The notes: generated by a model from the letters alone, not told the origin. DNA of 64,000 bases from an uncultured virus (IMG/VR IMGVR_UViG_3300020727_000006) (IMGVR_UViG_3300020727_000006); one strand, 5' to 3'. Shown: positions 38,148 to 47,999, counted from the stretch's first letter. Program-made: numbers and translations.

Positions 38148-38756
38148 TTATAACAAACTTTTAACTTTTTGCTCTAAATCTTCAATTGTGCCATCATTAT
38201 TAATAATATGGTCTATGTTTGATGTTACCCATGACCACTCACTAGGATGAATGTCGTGTGGTTCTTCACCATGTTGAATAAGATTTATCATCCAATCTGG
38301 GTCTTCACCGCGACGAACACCCCATACTTCTCCGCCAAGTTTACGAATCATATTAATTTCATTAGGAAATCGAGTATCTGGAATAACAAAATTATGAGGT
38401 TTGTTTACAGAACCAATTCCTATCTTTTTTATTTTTCTTTCGAGACTTGCAACCCAAATATCTTCGTGAAAATTAACACGACACACATCAGTGCCCCAAT
38501 ATTGTAACACCCATCGTGGTGTAAGGTTTTCGATACCAAGTCGTGTAGACCACCACTCATCACGCTTCTCACGCCACTCACGAGATTCTACTGTATCGCC
38601 TTCAAGTAAATGACGGGGCCAACTGAATACGGTAGCTACCATATCTTTCAGATTGTCCGCAAAACTTAATTTTTCAAAACTATGTTCTTTAACAAGGATA
38701 TCCGCAACGGTTCCCTTGCCACCACCTATCAATCCGCAAACACCAATTATTTTCAT
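38148..38756 (-). CDS. deoxynucleoside monophosphate kinase (gp1-like)
   Basis: G.IGGGKGT, SFAD.LK, PR..LQ..GT, DTRFPNE, H.SE; promoter TTGACA-N17-TAAAGT. Confidence 0.9.
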   Translation of the reverse strand: MKIIGVCGLIGGGKGTVADILVKEHSFEKLSFADNLKDMVATVFSWPRHLLEGDTVESREWREKRDEWWSTRLGIENLTPRWVLQYWGTDVCRVNFHEDIWVASLERKIKKIGIGSVNKPHNFVIPDTRFPNEINMIRKLGGEVWGVRRGEDPDWMINLIQHGEEPHDIHPSEWSWVTSNIDHIINNDGTIEDLEQKVKSLL

Positions 38757-38792
38757 GGTTTTACTTTATCAAAGAATTATGTGGATGTCAAA

Positions 38793-39545
38793 TTATCCTT
38801 GTACCCACCACATAGGCATTTCGCCAGTCATGTAATTGGTAATTTCAAGTTCTAACCTATCTTGCAATGCTTGTCCACGGGTAAGAAGATCAGTACCGTT
38901 TAGGCTACCGCCGCCCTGTGGACCAGGCAGTGTTGAGAATTTGCTACGGGCTTCGCCTAGCATCATCATGCAACGAGCTAGTGTGTAATCCCTTATCCAA
39001 GGTTGACTATAGATATCAGTTAGCAGCGTCACATCTGGTTTGTAATTCTCTGTCCATAGCAAGATAGTTTCTGCTTGCGCAAGAGGACGACGCATAATAG
39101 TAAGTTCTTTAGTAACAGTATTAAAGTTATAATTTACAAATCCACCAAACAACTTGGCAGCTTCTTTCAAAAACGAACTATACATATAATATGTTGATAA
39201 ACCACCAACACGACCACTTTGAATCATGTAGAAGTTAACAAACCCTGCTTCAAATGGCTCATATTGTGAACTTGTGCCGCTATTAGCGCCAATATTACGC
39301 TTAAAAACATTACGCACACTAATGACTTCACTAGGAAGCGTATAGGTATTAGTATCTTCAATTAGATTTAAAAAACTATAACTTTCTTCAACGCTGTTAG
39401 CACTGCGTTGACGATAACGAATGATAGAGTTTTTGATTGCAGTTTCAAAATGAATAGGATCAAGTTCAACATCAACCATGCCATCACCAAGGCTGAAACG
39501 AACATAGTCAAATACTTCTGATTTTAATTCTTGTAAAGTTGCCAT
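38793..39545 (-). CDS. neck protein (gp13-like)
   Basis: LGDGMVDVEL, WIRDYTLA, LGEARSKF, LPGP.GG.SLNG. Confidence 0.85.
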   Translation of the reverse strand: MATLQELKSEVFDYVRFSLGDGMVDVELDPIHFETAIKNSIIRYRQRSANSVEESYSFLNLIEDTNTYTLPSEVISVRNVFKRNIGANSGTSSQYEPFEAGFVNFYMIQSGRVGGLSTYYMYSSFLKEAAKLFGGFVNYNFNTVTKELTIMRRPLAQAETILLWTENYKPDVTLLTDIYSQPWIRDYTLARCMMMLGEARSKFSTLPGPQGGGSLNGTDLLTRGQALQDRLELEITNYMTGEMPMWWVQG

Positions 39546-39598
39546 GGAAATATTTATTAAAATAACTAGCCTGAATTTTGTTGCGGTAAATATCTAAA

Positions 39599-41488
39599 AT
39601 GACCGATGAATATGAAGAAAATGCAGCCGCTGTTCCTTTTGGGTTAGGCAAAGACTGGGCAATGGCAAAGACCATGGCAAACTTTGCTCGTGCTACTCCA
39701 CAAAAAAACCTAACACCAGTTATTATTAACAGTGCAACCAGAAATACGAAGCTAGCACTGGTATTGATGCCTGAATGGGGAATTTTCTTTCCGCCATATA
39801 ACTTAAGCAGATTAAGCGCAATGGCAAGAGCAGCAGGATTTGCAACAAAAGTATATGACATAAACATAAAAGCATATCATGCAATAAAAAACAAGCTAGA
39901 CTTTGATCCATGGGATGGCAGTCGTGAATGGATGTGGACAGGAAAATGGTATATCAAAGAGTTACATCCTCAGTTAGAATCACTGTATAAGAGAAAATTA
40001 AAAGCTATTATTGCCGATAACCCAGATGTAGTTGGTTTTAGCATGTATTATACAAATGAACAGTCTACTAACTGGATGGCTAATCAAATAAGATGGGCGT
40101 TGCCAAATTGCAAAATAATAGTAGGTGGACCGCAAGCATCTTCGATGCAAGCATATAGCAAACCGCTCTACGATCATATTATCGAAGGCGAAGGTGAACA
40201 AGTTCTCTTAGATATTTTAGAAAAAATTGAATCTGGCATTGCTATCACAGATAAATTTTTAAAAAAAGACCCTAAGCTTCGCCTTGACTTAGACAGCATG
40301 CCATTTCCTGATTATAGTGATTATGATTTAAGTGAATACGATACGCCAGGCGGCATATCTGCGGAAATAAGCAGAGGATGTATTGCAAAATGTGTGTTCT
40401 GTACAGAAGTTCATTTTTGGAAATATCGTGGGAGAATGTCTGGCAGTTTAATTGACGAAATTGAATACCAAAACAAACACTATGGCGGAAACTTTGTTTG
40501 GTTTATCGATAGCCTAGTCAATGGTAACTTAAAAGAACTGCGTGGATTTTGTTTAGGAATTAAAGAACGAAACCTCGATATCAAGTGGCAAGGGTATGCT
40601 CGGTGTGATGGTCGCATGGATTTGGATTATTACAAAGACCTTGCGGCAAGTGGGTGCAAGCAACTAAGTTATGGCATTGAAAGCGGCAGTCAAAAAGTTC
40701 TAGACGCTATGAAAAAAGAAATTACACTAGACGAGATTGAACAGAATCTCAAAAGTGGAAAACAAGTTGATATACAAGCACACACAAATTGGATTATTGG
40801 ATTTCCAAATGAGGATCATCAAGCATTTGCTGATACACTAACACTAGTATGGCGAATAAGAAATTATGGTATATTGGCAATAAGTCCAGGTTTAAGTTTG
40901 ATGCTAAGTCCAGGCAGTGATATAAGCATTGATCCTACTAAATTTGATATTGCGCCTAAAAATTTCTTAAACATGTGGACAACAAATGATTTAAAGAATA
41001 CTAAGGTTCACAGATTAATTCGACAAAAAACTTTTAACATATTCCTAGAACAGTTGAACAGCAAGTCATACATTTATGGATTTGAAAGACCAAATCTTAA
41101 AAAATCATATAGAATAAAATATGATGTTACAAAAATAGCTGATACTATCGACCGTGAAACTTTTGACTATGATATTATAAAAACTGATTTAGGAGACTTT
41201 GCCAACAGTCTCATGAATGAGATATGGCCTATGTTGCGCCAGTTGTGGAAGGCGGTAGGGGCATATAAGATATCAGTTAAGTTTGATCCAGAAGTTGATG
41301 TCAGAGAATTTGGCGATAGATTGGGTTGCGATTATACTGCCGCTCACAACTTTTCAATTGATGAAGGCGGCAATTGGTCTGGAAATTTTAATTATAACTT
41401 TAAACACATTAACCACGATGGTACACCAGATAAAAACTGGTATAATTGTAGTTTTACACATAACTGGACAGGCAGCGGCCAGTGGTAG
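39599..41488 (+). CDS. cobalamin-binding radical SAM protein
   Basis: PDVVGFS, IVGGP, GEGE, SRGCIAKCVFC, GIESGSQKVL..MKK. Confidence 0.9.
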   Translation: MTDEYEENAAAVPFGLGKDWAMAKTMANFARATPQKNLTPVIINSATRNTKLALVLMPEWGIFFPPYNLSRLSAMARAAGFATKVYDINIKAYHAIKNKLDFDPWDGSREWMWTGKWYIKELHPQLESLYKRKLKAIIADNPDVVGFSMYYTNEQSTNWMANQIRWALPNCKIIVGGPQASSMQAYSKPLYDHIIEGEGEQVLLDILEKIESGIAITDKFLKKDPKLRLDLDSMPFPDYSDYDLSEYDTPGGISAEISRGCIAKCVFCTEVHFWKYRGRMSGSLIDEIEYQNKHYGGNFVWFIDSLVNGNLKELRGFCLGIKERNLDIKWQGYARCDGRMDLDYYKDLAASGCKQLSYGIESGSQKVLDAMKKEITLDEIEQNLKSGKQVDIQAHTNWIIGFPNEDHQAFADTLTLVWRIRNYGILAISPGLSLMLSPGSDISIDPTKFDIAPKNFLNMWTTNDLKNTKVHRLIRQKTFNIFLEQLNSKSYIYGFERPNLKKSYRIKYDVTKIADTIDRETFDYDIIKTDLGDFANSLMNEIWPMLRQLWKAVGAYKISVKFDPEVDVREFGDRLGCDYTAAHNFSIDEGGNWSGNFNYNFKHINHDGTPDKNWYNCSFTHNWTGSGQW

Positions 41489-41496
41489 TTAATGTA

Positions 41497-41772
41497 TTAT
41501 GCTCCAAATTGCAGATAGTAAAGTGTTAAATCTTCTGGTTCAAAGTGAGCGGTTACGGCAACACGGTATTCAAATGTTGCAATATCAAAATGGGCATGGA
41601 AAGTTACGCTATTTGCAACAGCATTTTCCCACACCCATTTATAATTCTCACACTCGCTCCAATGTATATTGGCTTCACCTTTTGCATCTTCCAATGCTTT
41701 TTCTTCGGTCAATTTATATAAACCTGGATGTAAAGTAGTGCGAAACACCGTGATAGGTTTAGAAGGGGACAT
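41497..41772 (-). CDS. small protein, probable FxLRW-like family (start uncertain)
   Basis: Ends FEPEDLTLYYLQFGA. Confidence 0.55.
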   Translation of the reverse strand: MSPSKPITVFRTTLHPGLYKLTEEKALEDAKGEANIHWSECENYKWVWENAVANSVTFHAHFDIATFEYRVAVTAHFEPEDLTLYYLQFGA

Positions 41773-42175
41773 CCTGTTCAACTTCATCGTGCCAGTGGTC
41801 TGCGCCTGGATCTTTTCCATCTACAATAGCCTTTGTCATGCGATCCATCTTACGCTTGCTTACCAATTTTTCTTCACGGTCAGCAACGGTCTTATCCTTG
41901 AAACCAAGAACATTCATATACTCACGATGCTTCATCCAACCATGCATAAAGTGGATGCAATCTTCTGCGCTGCCGCTGTATATTTCTACACCACGAGCAT
42001 AGATTGGCAATGCTTCGCCACCATCTTTTGGGACAGCAAGTGCAAAATCCGTACCGCTATTTTGTTCATATGCATAAGAATTGTATGCGCCACGATTTGG
42101 TTTAATTTCAAAGCCAAGTTTCGTAGCAAGACCTGTTAGGTCATTGATAATGCGAAAGTGATTGTAATTTGTCAT
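41759..42175 (-). CDS. hypothetical protein
   Basis: Operon-packed; acidic DVPF tail. Confidence 0.65.
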   Translation of the reverse strand: MTNYNHFRIINDLTGLATKLGFEIKPNRGAYNSYAYEQNSGTDFALAVPKDGGEALPIYARGVEIYSGSAEDCIHFMHGWMKHREYMNVLGFKDKTVADREEKLVSKRKMDRMTKAIVDGKDPGADHWHDEVEQDVPF

Positions 42176-42471
42176 TCTACATATCCTATGATAAGTTTCA
42201 CCAAGTCTTCTTCATTCAAGTAAAAATTTGCTCGTCCATGTGATTCACGCCGATAAAGAATCGTAGGCGGCGATAAAGATTCATACAAAGAAGATTCATA
42301 CAAATTTGAACTACAATTTTCAAAGTTTTTGACAATATAATAATATAATTTGCCAATTTCCCTATAACTGCGAACAGTGATACGATGGGTATAATGCTGA
42401 CACATTTTATTGCGCCCATCCATTTTTACCCAACGAGTGTGAGCATCCAAGTATCCGCCGTCGTATTTCAT
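42172..42471 (-). CDS. hypothetical protein
   Basis: AGGTG SD; ATGA overlap. Confidence 0.55.
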   Translation of the reverse strand: MKYDGGYLDAHTRWVKMDGRNKMCQHYTHRITVRSYREIGKLYYYIVKNFENCSSNLYESSLYESLSPPTILYRRESHGRANFYLNEEDLVKLIIGYVE

Positions 42472-42479
42472 AAATCACC

Positions 42480-43652
42480 TTACTTGATTGATTTAAGAAT
42501 TACTGTATCACTGTTTAGTCGTCCTGTCAAGGCAATTTCTGTGGCACGGATACCATCCATGAACTTACGAAGTTGGATTTTACCTGCACCCATAAATGCC
42601 TTCATCTGTTCCTGTGGTTTGCGCAGTGTCTTCGCCACACTTAACTTTTCATCAAAGCCAAGAATAGTGCTGCCCTTGATGCCCAATACGCCACTGCTTA
42701 CGGCTGCAACATACTTGCCAATCTTGCGAGTTTTGGTATTATAAACCCACAATTCGGTTGCACCAATTATATCGGTTGGATTGACAGATACAAGATTAAG
42801 TTCTTTAAACTCGCTCATGTACTTGACATTCTTGACCACCTTTTCCTTGCTTGGTGGACGAGCCTTGCGCACCTTACGCACTGCCGCCTTAACTGCGCCA
42901 TAGGTCGTGAGCGCATCAAACAGAGCCTTATACCAAGCATCATAACGCTTAAACACTGGCTTAGTCACCCAAGCGTAGGCTTCGCGCAATGAAGCATCGC
43001 CTTTCTTATCTTGACCTTCAAGCAACTCAGCATATTGCTCTGCATACTTTTCACGAATACGAGCAACAAACGCCTGTGGCATATTTCCTTCACGAAAGTA
43101 AGCCATAAAGTCAGGCACATCAGCAGAACCTTCCATCATTGCGTCAAACATAACTTCTAAGTCGCCAATAGTATCAGCCAACTTATCACGCATGTGATCT
43201 TGAACATTGCGCTTAACAACGGAAGTAACAACTACTTGCTTCTTTTCAGCAAGACGAGCATTGCCATATGCCAACAATTCAGAAATTTTGTTAGTGATGA
43301 ACTCAGCATCAATTGCCATTGGACAACCATTCAAGATCATCTTGGATACACTACCAATAGTGATACCAACACGACTATCTTCACATTCAGCAAAAGCAGA
43401 GATTTCTGCTTTGCCCCAATTAAGATGTTGCTGACCAAACTCTACAACATACTTGCGCATATCAGCCGCACTCATATAATAATTGTAGAAGTACAATGCG
43501 TGAGTAATCTCCTGACGCAATTGGGCAGGAGTCCACTTACTAGCGTTAATCCACACTGGTTCAGGACCAGTGAACTTTTCGTCCATAAACTTTGGTTGAC
43601 GGACAACCGTCTTCTTAGGTTTGGTCTTCAACATGAGTGCGGACTTAGCCAT
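42480..43652 (-). CDS. conserved hypothetical phage protein
   Basis: 390 aa; LWVYNTKTRK, KTLRKP, GRLN motifs typical of large myophage early genes. Confidence 0.75.
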   Translation of the reverse strand: MAKSALMLKTKPKKTVVRQPKFMDEKFTGPEPVWINASKWTPAQLRQEITHALYFYNYYMSAADMRKYVVEFGQQHLNWGKAEISAFAECEDSRVGITIGSVSKMILNGCPMAIDAEFITNKISELLAYGNARLAEKKQVVVTSVVKRNVQDHMRDKLADTIGDLEVMFDAMMEGSADVPDFMAYFREGNMPQAFVARIREKYAEQYAELLEGQDKKGDASLREAYAWVTKPVFKRYDAWYKALFDALTTYGAVKAAVRKVRKARPPSKEKVVKNVKYMSEFKELNLVSVNPTDIIGATELWVYNTKTRKIGKYVAAVSSGVLGIKGSTILGFDEKLSVAKTLRKPQEQMKAFMGAGKIQLRKFMDGIRATEIALTGRLNSDTVILKSIK

Positions 43653-43654
43653 TC

Positions 43655-44227
43655 TTACTTCTCCAATTTGCTGTCATAGAAACCATAGTGCTGACTGACA
43701 TAGCGGTCATACCGTTCATCGATATGACCATTATCAAACCGTTCCCATGATTGGTCATTAAAGTAGTCATAACCGTAATCATAGGTTGTGTCAACATATT
43801 TCTGCGTAGGTGCTGCTTCCATAGCCTCTACCAACTGTGCAGTAGGCACACCATGATGCTTGTAACCTTCGGTGCACATATCATAATACGATGTGCTAGG
43901 TGTCATTTCATAGTCTTGGTCAGCCATGCTATAAACCCAAGCAATATATGCTTCGGTCTCAGTTTGAACCAAAACACGCTGACGCAAGTAATATGTTGGG
44001 AAACCTTCTAAACGGTCAAGCGCAATCATATCGCTATCGCTGACTTCCCATAACACGCCGCAGACAATGCTGCCTGTATCAATCTCAACATCGGCATGGT
44101 TACGAAACACAAGACGATAGTCGTTCAAATACGCAACACCTACTAGTGTAGCATCAGGGCAACGCTTTGCCATTTGCTCAGGGTGGGTGTTCATCCCGTA
44201 TCCGAAATAATAACTGCGATATTCCAT
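43655..44227 (-). CDS. gamma-glutamylcyclotransferase-like protein (start revised)
   Basis: YFGYGMN, RCP.A, GVLW, LDRLEG.P..Y; AAGGAG SD. Confidence 0.85.
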   Translation of the reverse strand: MEYRSYYFGYGMNTHPEQMAKRCPDATLVGVAYLNDYRLVFRNHADVEIDTGSIVCGVLWEVSDSDMIALDRLEGFPTYYLRQRVLVQTETEAYIAWVYSMADQDYEMTPSTSYYDMCTEGYKHHGVPTAQLVEAMEAAPTQKYVDTTYDYGYDYFNDQSWERFDNGHIDERYDRYVSQHYGFYDSKLEK

Positions 44228-44291
44228 AGTAAACTCCTTACTGTCACGGGCAGACCTTGCCCAAAAGGGGGCATACATTGCCCCATGACTT

Positions 44292-44382
44292 AAAATACCA
44301 TGTCTTAGAGATTTGTCAAGCATTATTTTTAATTATATTGGTTTAAAAAAACCCTTGACAAATAGCCCAATTATGGTAAAAT
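44292..44382. promoter_or_regulatory. divergent early promoters
   Basis: Minus TTGACA(44319)-N16-TATTTT; plus TTGACA(44355)-N16-TAAAAT; both with extended TG. Confidence 0.7.
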
Positions 44383-44388
44383 ATAAAA

Positions 44389-44673
44389 ATGTGGATGTTA
44401 ATCTTCCTTTTATCCCTGCTTGGGTTCATGTTAGTTTGGAACCTTGCGGAAGCAATGTGGGAGTTAGATAATTGGATCGCTACCGCCGAACAACGGGAGC
44501 GGGATGGCTATGATTATGAGAACGATGTACCCGTTAAACCGCTTATAACACTTCCTAAGCCAGCGCCAGAAGATGTCAAGAAAATGACACTTGCTTTAGA
44601 AAATTTTCCTAAATCTACCGAAGATGCCAACGCAAAAATAGCCCGTTTGATGAAAAAATCAGAAACCCATTAA
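44389..44673 (+). CDS. membrane-anchored hypothetical protein
   Basis: N-terminal hydrophobic helix; leaderless. Confidence 0.6.
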   Translation: MWMLIFLLSLLGFMLVWNLAEAMWELDNWIATAEQRERDGYDYENDVPVKPLITLPKPAPEDVKKMTLALENFPKSTEDANAKIARLMKKSETH

Positions 44674-44680
44674 ATAATAG

Positions 44681-45058
44681 GTGCGTTATGTATTGGGAAT
44701 ACTTACTATTTTATTAACTACTACTATTGCCCACGCACAAGATTGCGATTGGGTAGGCGAAGTTTTACATTATGATTCATGTAAAGTAGAAAATAATCTT
44801 GGCAATACTGATGTGTTCATAGGTAATCGTGGTTGGTATTATCGTTTCTATGGTACTAGGGCAGAAAAACGGCGACTAGTTTATACATATTATAGTAATA
44901 CTCACACATGGATTCGTGATTATACTCTTGAATATATAATATGGAGTGGCGGACAAAAACCATTAAGTGGCCTATGTCGTGACAATTATAATAAATTAGG
45001 TAGTCCATCTATCCAATCGTGGGATATAGCCGATGGTACAAAATTGTGTCTTTATTAA
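44681..45058 (+). CDS. secreted hypothetical protein
   Basis: Signal peptide ending AHA; 4 Cys. Confidence 0.6.
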   Translation: MRYVLGILTILLTTTIAHAQDCDWVGEVLHYDSCKVENNLGNTDVFIGNRGWYYRFYGTRAEKRRLVYTYYSNTHTWIRDYTLEYIIWSGGQKPLSGLCRDNYNKLGSPSIQSWDIADGTKLCLY

Positions 45059-45069
45059 AAAAATAATCC

Positions 45070-45123
45070 TTGACAGATATAAAATCCATGTTATATTAGT
45101 AATATAAGCAATGGAGAAATCAA
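45070..45123 (+). promoter_or_regulatory. early promoter plus leader ATATAAGCAATGGAGAAA
   Basis: TTGACA-N16-TATATT; same leader recurs before 49727. Confidence 0.7.
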
Positions 45124-45402
45124 ATGGCGCAAGTAAGCACTCGCAAGACCAAAATTTCCACCATCATCCACAATCGTTTTTTTACCAAGGGTGTACAAGA
45201 CGCACTTGCTGGTCGTCCATTTGATCCTGATTATGACAAGTGGGAAACTGCATCACATGGCACAGCGCAGTGGTGCTATGAGCGTGGTCGTCAATATGGT
45301 ATTGCCACAGACGGCAAAATTCCTACCAAAACTGGTAAGCGCATTAATTATTATGCTATTCGTGAGTTTAACCGTTTGTACCATGATGGTTCAATACTCT
45401 AA
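45124..45402 (+). CDS. early hypothetical protein
   Basis: GGAG SD, own promoter. Confidence 0.7.
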   Translation: MAQVSTRKTKISTIIHNRFFTKGVQDALAGRPFDPDYDKWETASHGTAQWCYERGRQYGIATDGKIPTKTGKRINYYAIREFNRLYHDGSIL

Positions 45403-45896
45403 TGATTATAGCATATTACACAGGTAGCGGAGGTCACCGCTATCTTAATTTTGTTGAACATAAAGACTATACCAAGCTTGGCGTAACTTACTATCATGAC
45501 AAAGATAAGGAATTAGAATATCTAGTTCCTGAAAAAACATATCAACAGTATCCAATAGTTTTAACACATTGTTTAAATTATAATTTGATTAGACAAAAAT
45601 TTCCAAATGATCAGGATATTACATTTATAATTGCTGACCGTAAGGCAAGTTGGTGCAGGAAATATCTTATTAAAGTTTCTCAAAATTTTATCAGTGATGA
45701 TGACAAATACCAAACTGCTTTAAATTTTATTTCTGAATTAGACAACTATTATAATAAAATTCCTATTCATATTGGAAATGCCAAGGTCATAGATATAAAA
45801 ATTGATAACTCAAATTTTTCTAATATCATGAAACAAGAATTGTTAGTATACTCTTGCGAACACTTTGAAAGAGCATGGAACAAGTTTTATAGTTAA
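45402..45896 (+). CDS. hypothetical protein
   Basis: AT-rich 164 aa; N-terminal Y.GSGG. Confidence 0.55.
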   Translation: MIIAYYTGSGGHRYLNFVEHKDYTKLGVTYYHDKDKELEYLVPEKTYQQYPIVLTHCLNYNLIRQKFPNDQDITFIIADRKASWCRKYLIKVSQNFISDDDKYQTALNFISELDNYYNKIPIHIGNAKVIDIKIDNSNFSNIMKQELLVYSCEHFERAWNKFYS

Positions 45897-45919
45897 AGTT
45901 AATGCCAAACCACCACAAT

Positions 45920-45949
45920 AAAAAAGGCGGGAAAAATTCCCGCCTTTTC
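45920..45949. terminator. bidirectional terminator
   Basis: aaaaggcgggaa-aaa-ttcccgcctttt between convergent genes. Confidence 0.8.
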
Positions 45950-45969
45950 TTTATTCTATCTAGATTAGA

Positions 45970-46620
45970 TTAGAACTTTGCAGTTAGACCAACTGCGAAA
46001 GCATCGCCAGTTGCATTGAAGTTTGATGAAGTATCAAAGCTACGATACACAGTTGCGCTTACGCTGTAGTTTGAAGTGATGTCATAAGTTACACCAGTTC
46101 CAAGACGATGACTTTGCCATCCATAAGTGTTGCTATCAACAGCACTACGATAACGATACTGAACAGCATTGAGAGTTAGACCAGGCATAATGGTATAATC
46201 TGCATTGCCATAAAGTGCATAATATGGATAGTTAGTTGGAGCAAGGAAACGCTCACCAACACCGACCTTACCACTTAGGGTAACACCAGCCATTGATGGA
46301 AGTGCGTAGCCAGCTTGTGCTTCAACAGTCATCTTGATTGTATTATTAAGATACTGAGTTGGACCTACTGCACCACCAACTGAGAAACCGCCGCCAAGAT
46401 TATGCTTATAGCTAACGCCATATGTATCATCAGCCTTTGCACCGAAATTGTTGCCAAGGTCTTGACCATAAGTGATAGTCAAGCTATCATTTGAAGTAGG
46501 AGCAGGAGCAGCAACTGGTGCAGGAGCAGCAGGAGCCTTTGCCTTGCTTGGTAGATCAGTTGCACTTGCTGCAACAGTAAGTGCCAATAGTGCCATAGTA
46601 GTCGTAATAAGAGTCTTCAT
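45970..46620 (-). CDS. outer-membrane beta-barrel protein (alphaproteobacterial porin-like)
   Basis: Signal peptide ASA, DLPSKAKAPAAPAP linker, alternating beta strands, C-terminal Phe. Confidence 0.8.
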   Translation of the reverse strand: MKTLITTTMALLALTVAASATDLPSKAKAPAAPAPVAAPAPTSNDSLTITYGQDLGNNFGAKADDTYGVSYKHNLGGGFSVGGAVGPTQYLNNTIKMTVEAQAGYALPSMAGVTLSGKVGVGERFLAPTNYPYYALYGNADYTIMPGLTLNAVQYRYRSAVDSNTYGWQSHRLGTGVTYDITSNYSVSATVYRSFDTSSNFNATGDAFAVGLTAKF

Positions 46621-46855
46621 TTGTATTTTCCTTTTTCAATAAGAATGGTTATATCATAGACAACGAGTTTTGTCTAATTTTTTCAACCAATATTTCTAAA
46701 AATATTTGTTGAGGCAACGCTTGGTTTTTTACTCCACAGGTTTAATTTGACAGTATCGTCGCCATGCTCCAATACCCACTTGATTTGGAAGCATAGATAT
46801 TTAGCTTACAAAACTGACTATATTATAAAATAGCCAAAAAATCAATAAATATTTC

Positions 46856-47746
46856 ATGCGCTTAAATGAATTATATGACGAAGATTTAGTTGAAGGACCG
46901 ATTGCAGACAGGCTAAAACGCCTCGCAGCAGCAGGTGCGGTGGCAGGTGGACTTGGTTTAGGTGGATATTCTGCCCTAAATGCGCCAAAATCGCCTGAAC
47001 AAACAATAAGTGTTGCACAAAAACAACAAGATGCACAAACCGACACTAAAGCAGCCGATGAGCCAGAATCAAAGCCTGAGAAAGCAGAGAAACAAGTTAA
47101 TCCTAATTTTCCAAAAGGGTTAACTGACATTGATAAAATGACAGTAGATCAACGAGTCCATACATTTATAAAGACAGTGGCACCGCTGATCACAAGCGAA
47201 AATGCAAAAATAATAGCAGAAAGAAATCGTTTAATTCATTTTGTAAAGATTATTCGCAGCGGCAAGAAACTTAATAAAGAAGAAAATGCATGGTTAAATG
47301 GGTTGGCTGACAAATATGACGAAGATAACATACCTGATCTTTTAAAGAAAGTTGATATAATTCCAGCAAGCCTTGCAATAGCACAAGCAGCTATAGAAAG
47401 TCAATGGGGACAAGATGAAAAAACACAGAAAGGCAATGTGTTTTTTGGTCAAAAATCATGGGCTAAAACTGGCGGCGTAGAAGGACCGCAGGGTGAACGA
47501 TATCGTGCATTTGATAGACCAGAAGATAGCATAAGCGAGTATATGCATAACCTTAATACTCACGATGCATATGAAGATTTTCGTAACAATCGTGCACAGA
47601 TGCGACAAAAAAACAAACCAATTACTGGGTTAGCGTTGGTTGGAGGATTGAAAAAATACGCCGATACCAAGGGCGCATATCCAGTTCAATTAGCTAGCAT
47701 TATAAAAGGTCGTAATCTTCAACAATATGACATTGCCAAGAAATAA
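46856..47746 (+). CDS. Bax-like glucosaminidase (GH73) with CTS-like N-terminus and hydrophobic segment
   Basis: VDIIPASLAIAQAAIESQWG, N.FFG, YMHNLNTH.AY, YA...AY. Confidence 0.85.
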   Translation: MRLNELYDEDLVEGPIADRLKRLAAAGAVAGGLGLGGYSALNAPKSPEQTISVAQKQQDAQTDTKAADEPESKPEKAEKQVNPNFPKGLTDIDKMTVDQRVHTFIKTVAPLITSENAKIIAERNRLIHFVKIIRSGKKLNKEENAWLNGLADKYDEDNIPDLLKKVDIIPASLAIAQAAIESQWGQDEKTQKGNVFFGQKSWAKTGGVEGPQGERYRAFDRPEDSISEYMHNLNTHDAYEDFRNNRAQMRQKNKPITGLALVGGLKKYADTKGAYPVQLASIIKGRNLQQYDIAKK

Positions 47747-47804
47747 ATTGACATTAAATATGCATGTGTTATATTAGTAGACTACCAACAGAATAGGAAA
47801 AATA

Positions 47805-47999
47805 ATGGCAAGCAACCGACGCACGGACGAGAACGGTCGTACTATAGATCAACAAGCGGCGGATGCCGTGTCAGAATTTCTTGCCCGTGGCGGTATCATT
47901 ACCAAGATTCCTACTGGTCAGCGCACAGAACCAGCAGATCAAAAGTCTCAATGGGGCCGACCTCGTAAAAAAAGTTTAATTCCTGAAATAAAAGATTAA
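47805..47999 (+). CDS. SutA-like RNA polymerase-binding small protein
   Basis: AVSEFLARGGII..IP...EP...KSQWGRP; own promoter TTGACA(47748)-N16-TATATT. Confidence 0.55.
   Translation: MASNRRTDENGRTIDQQAADAVSEFLARGGIITKIPTGQRTEPADQKSQWGRPRKKSLIPEIKD

Noticed and set aside
42277..42305. 13-bp direct repeat agattcatacaaa
   Set aside because: Short in-frame duplication (LYESS-LYES) with no further structure
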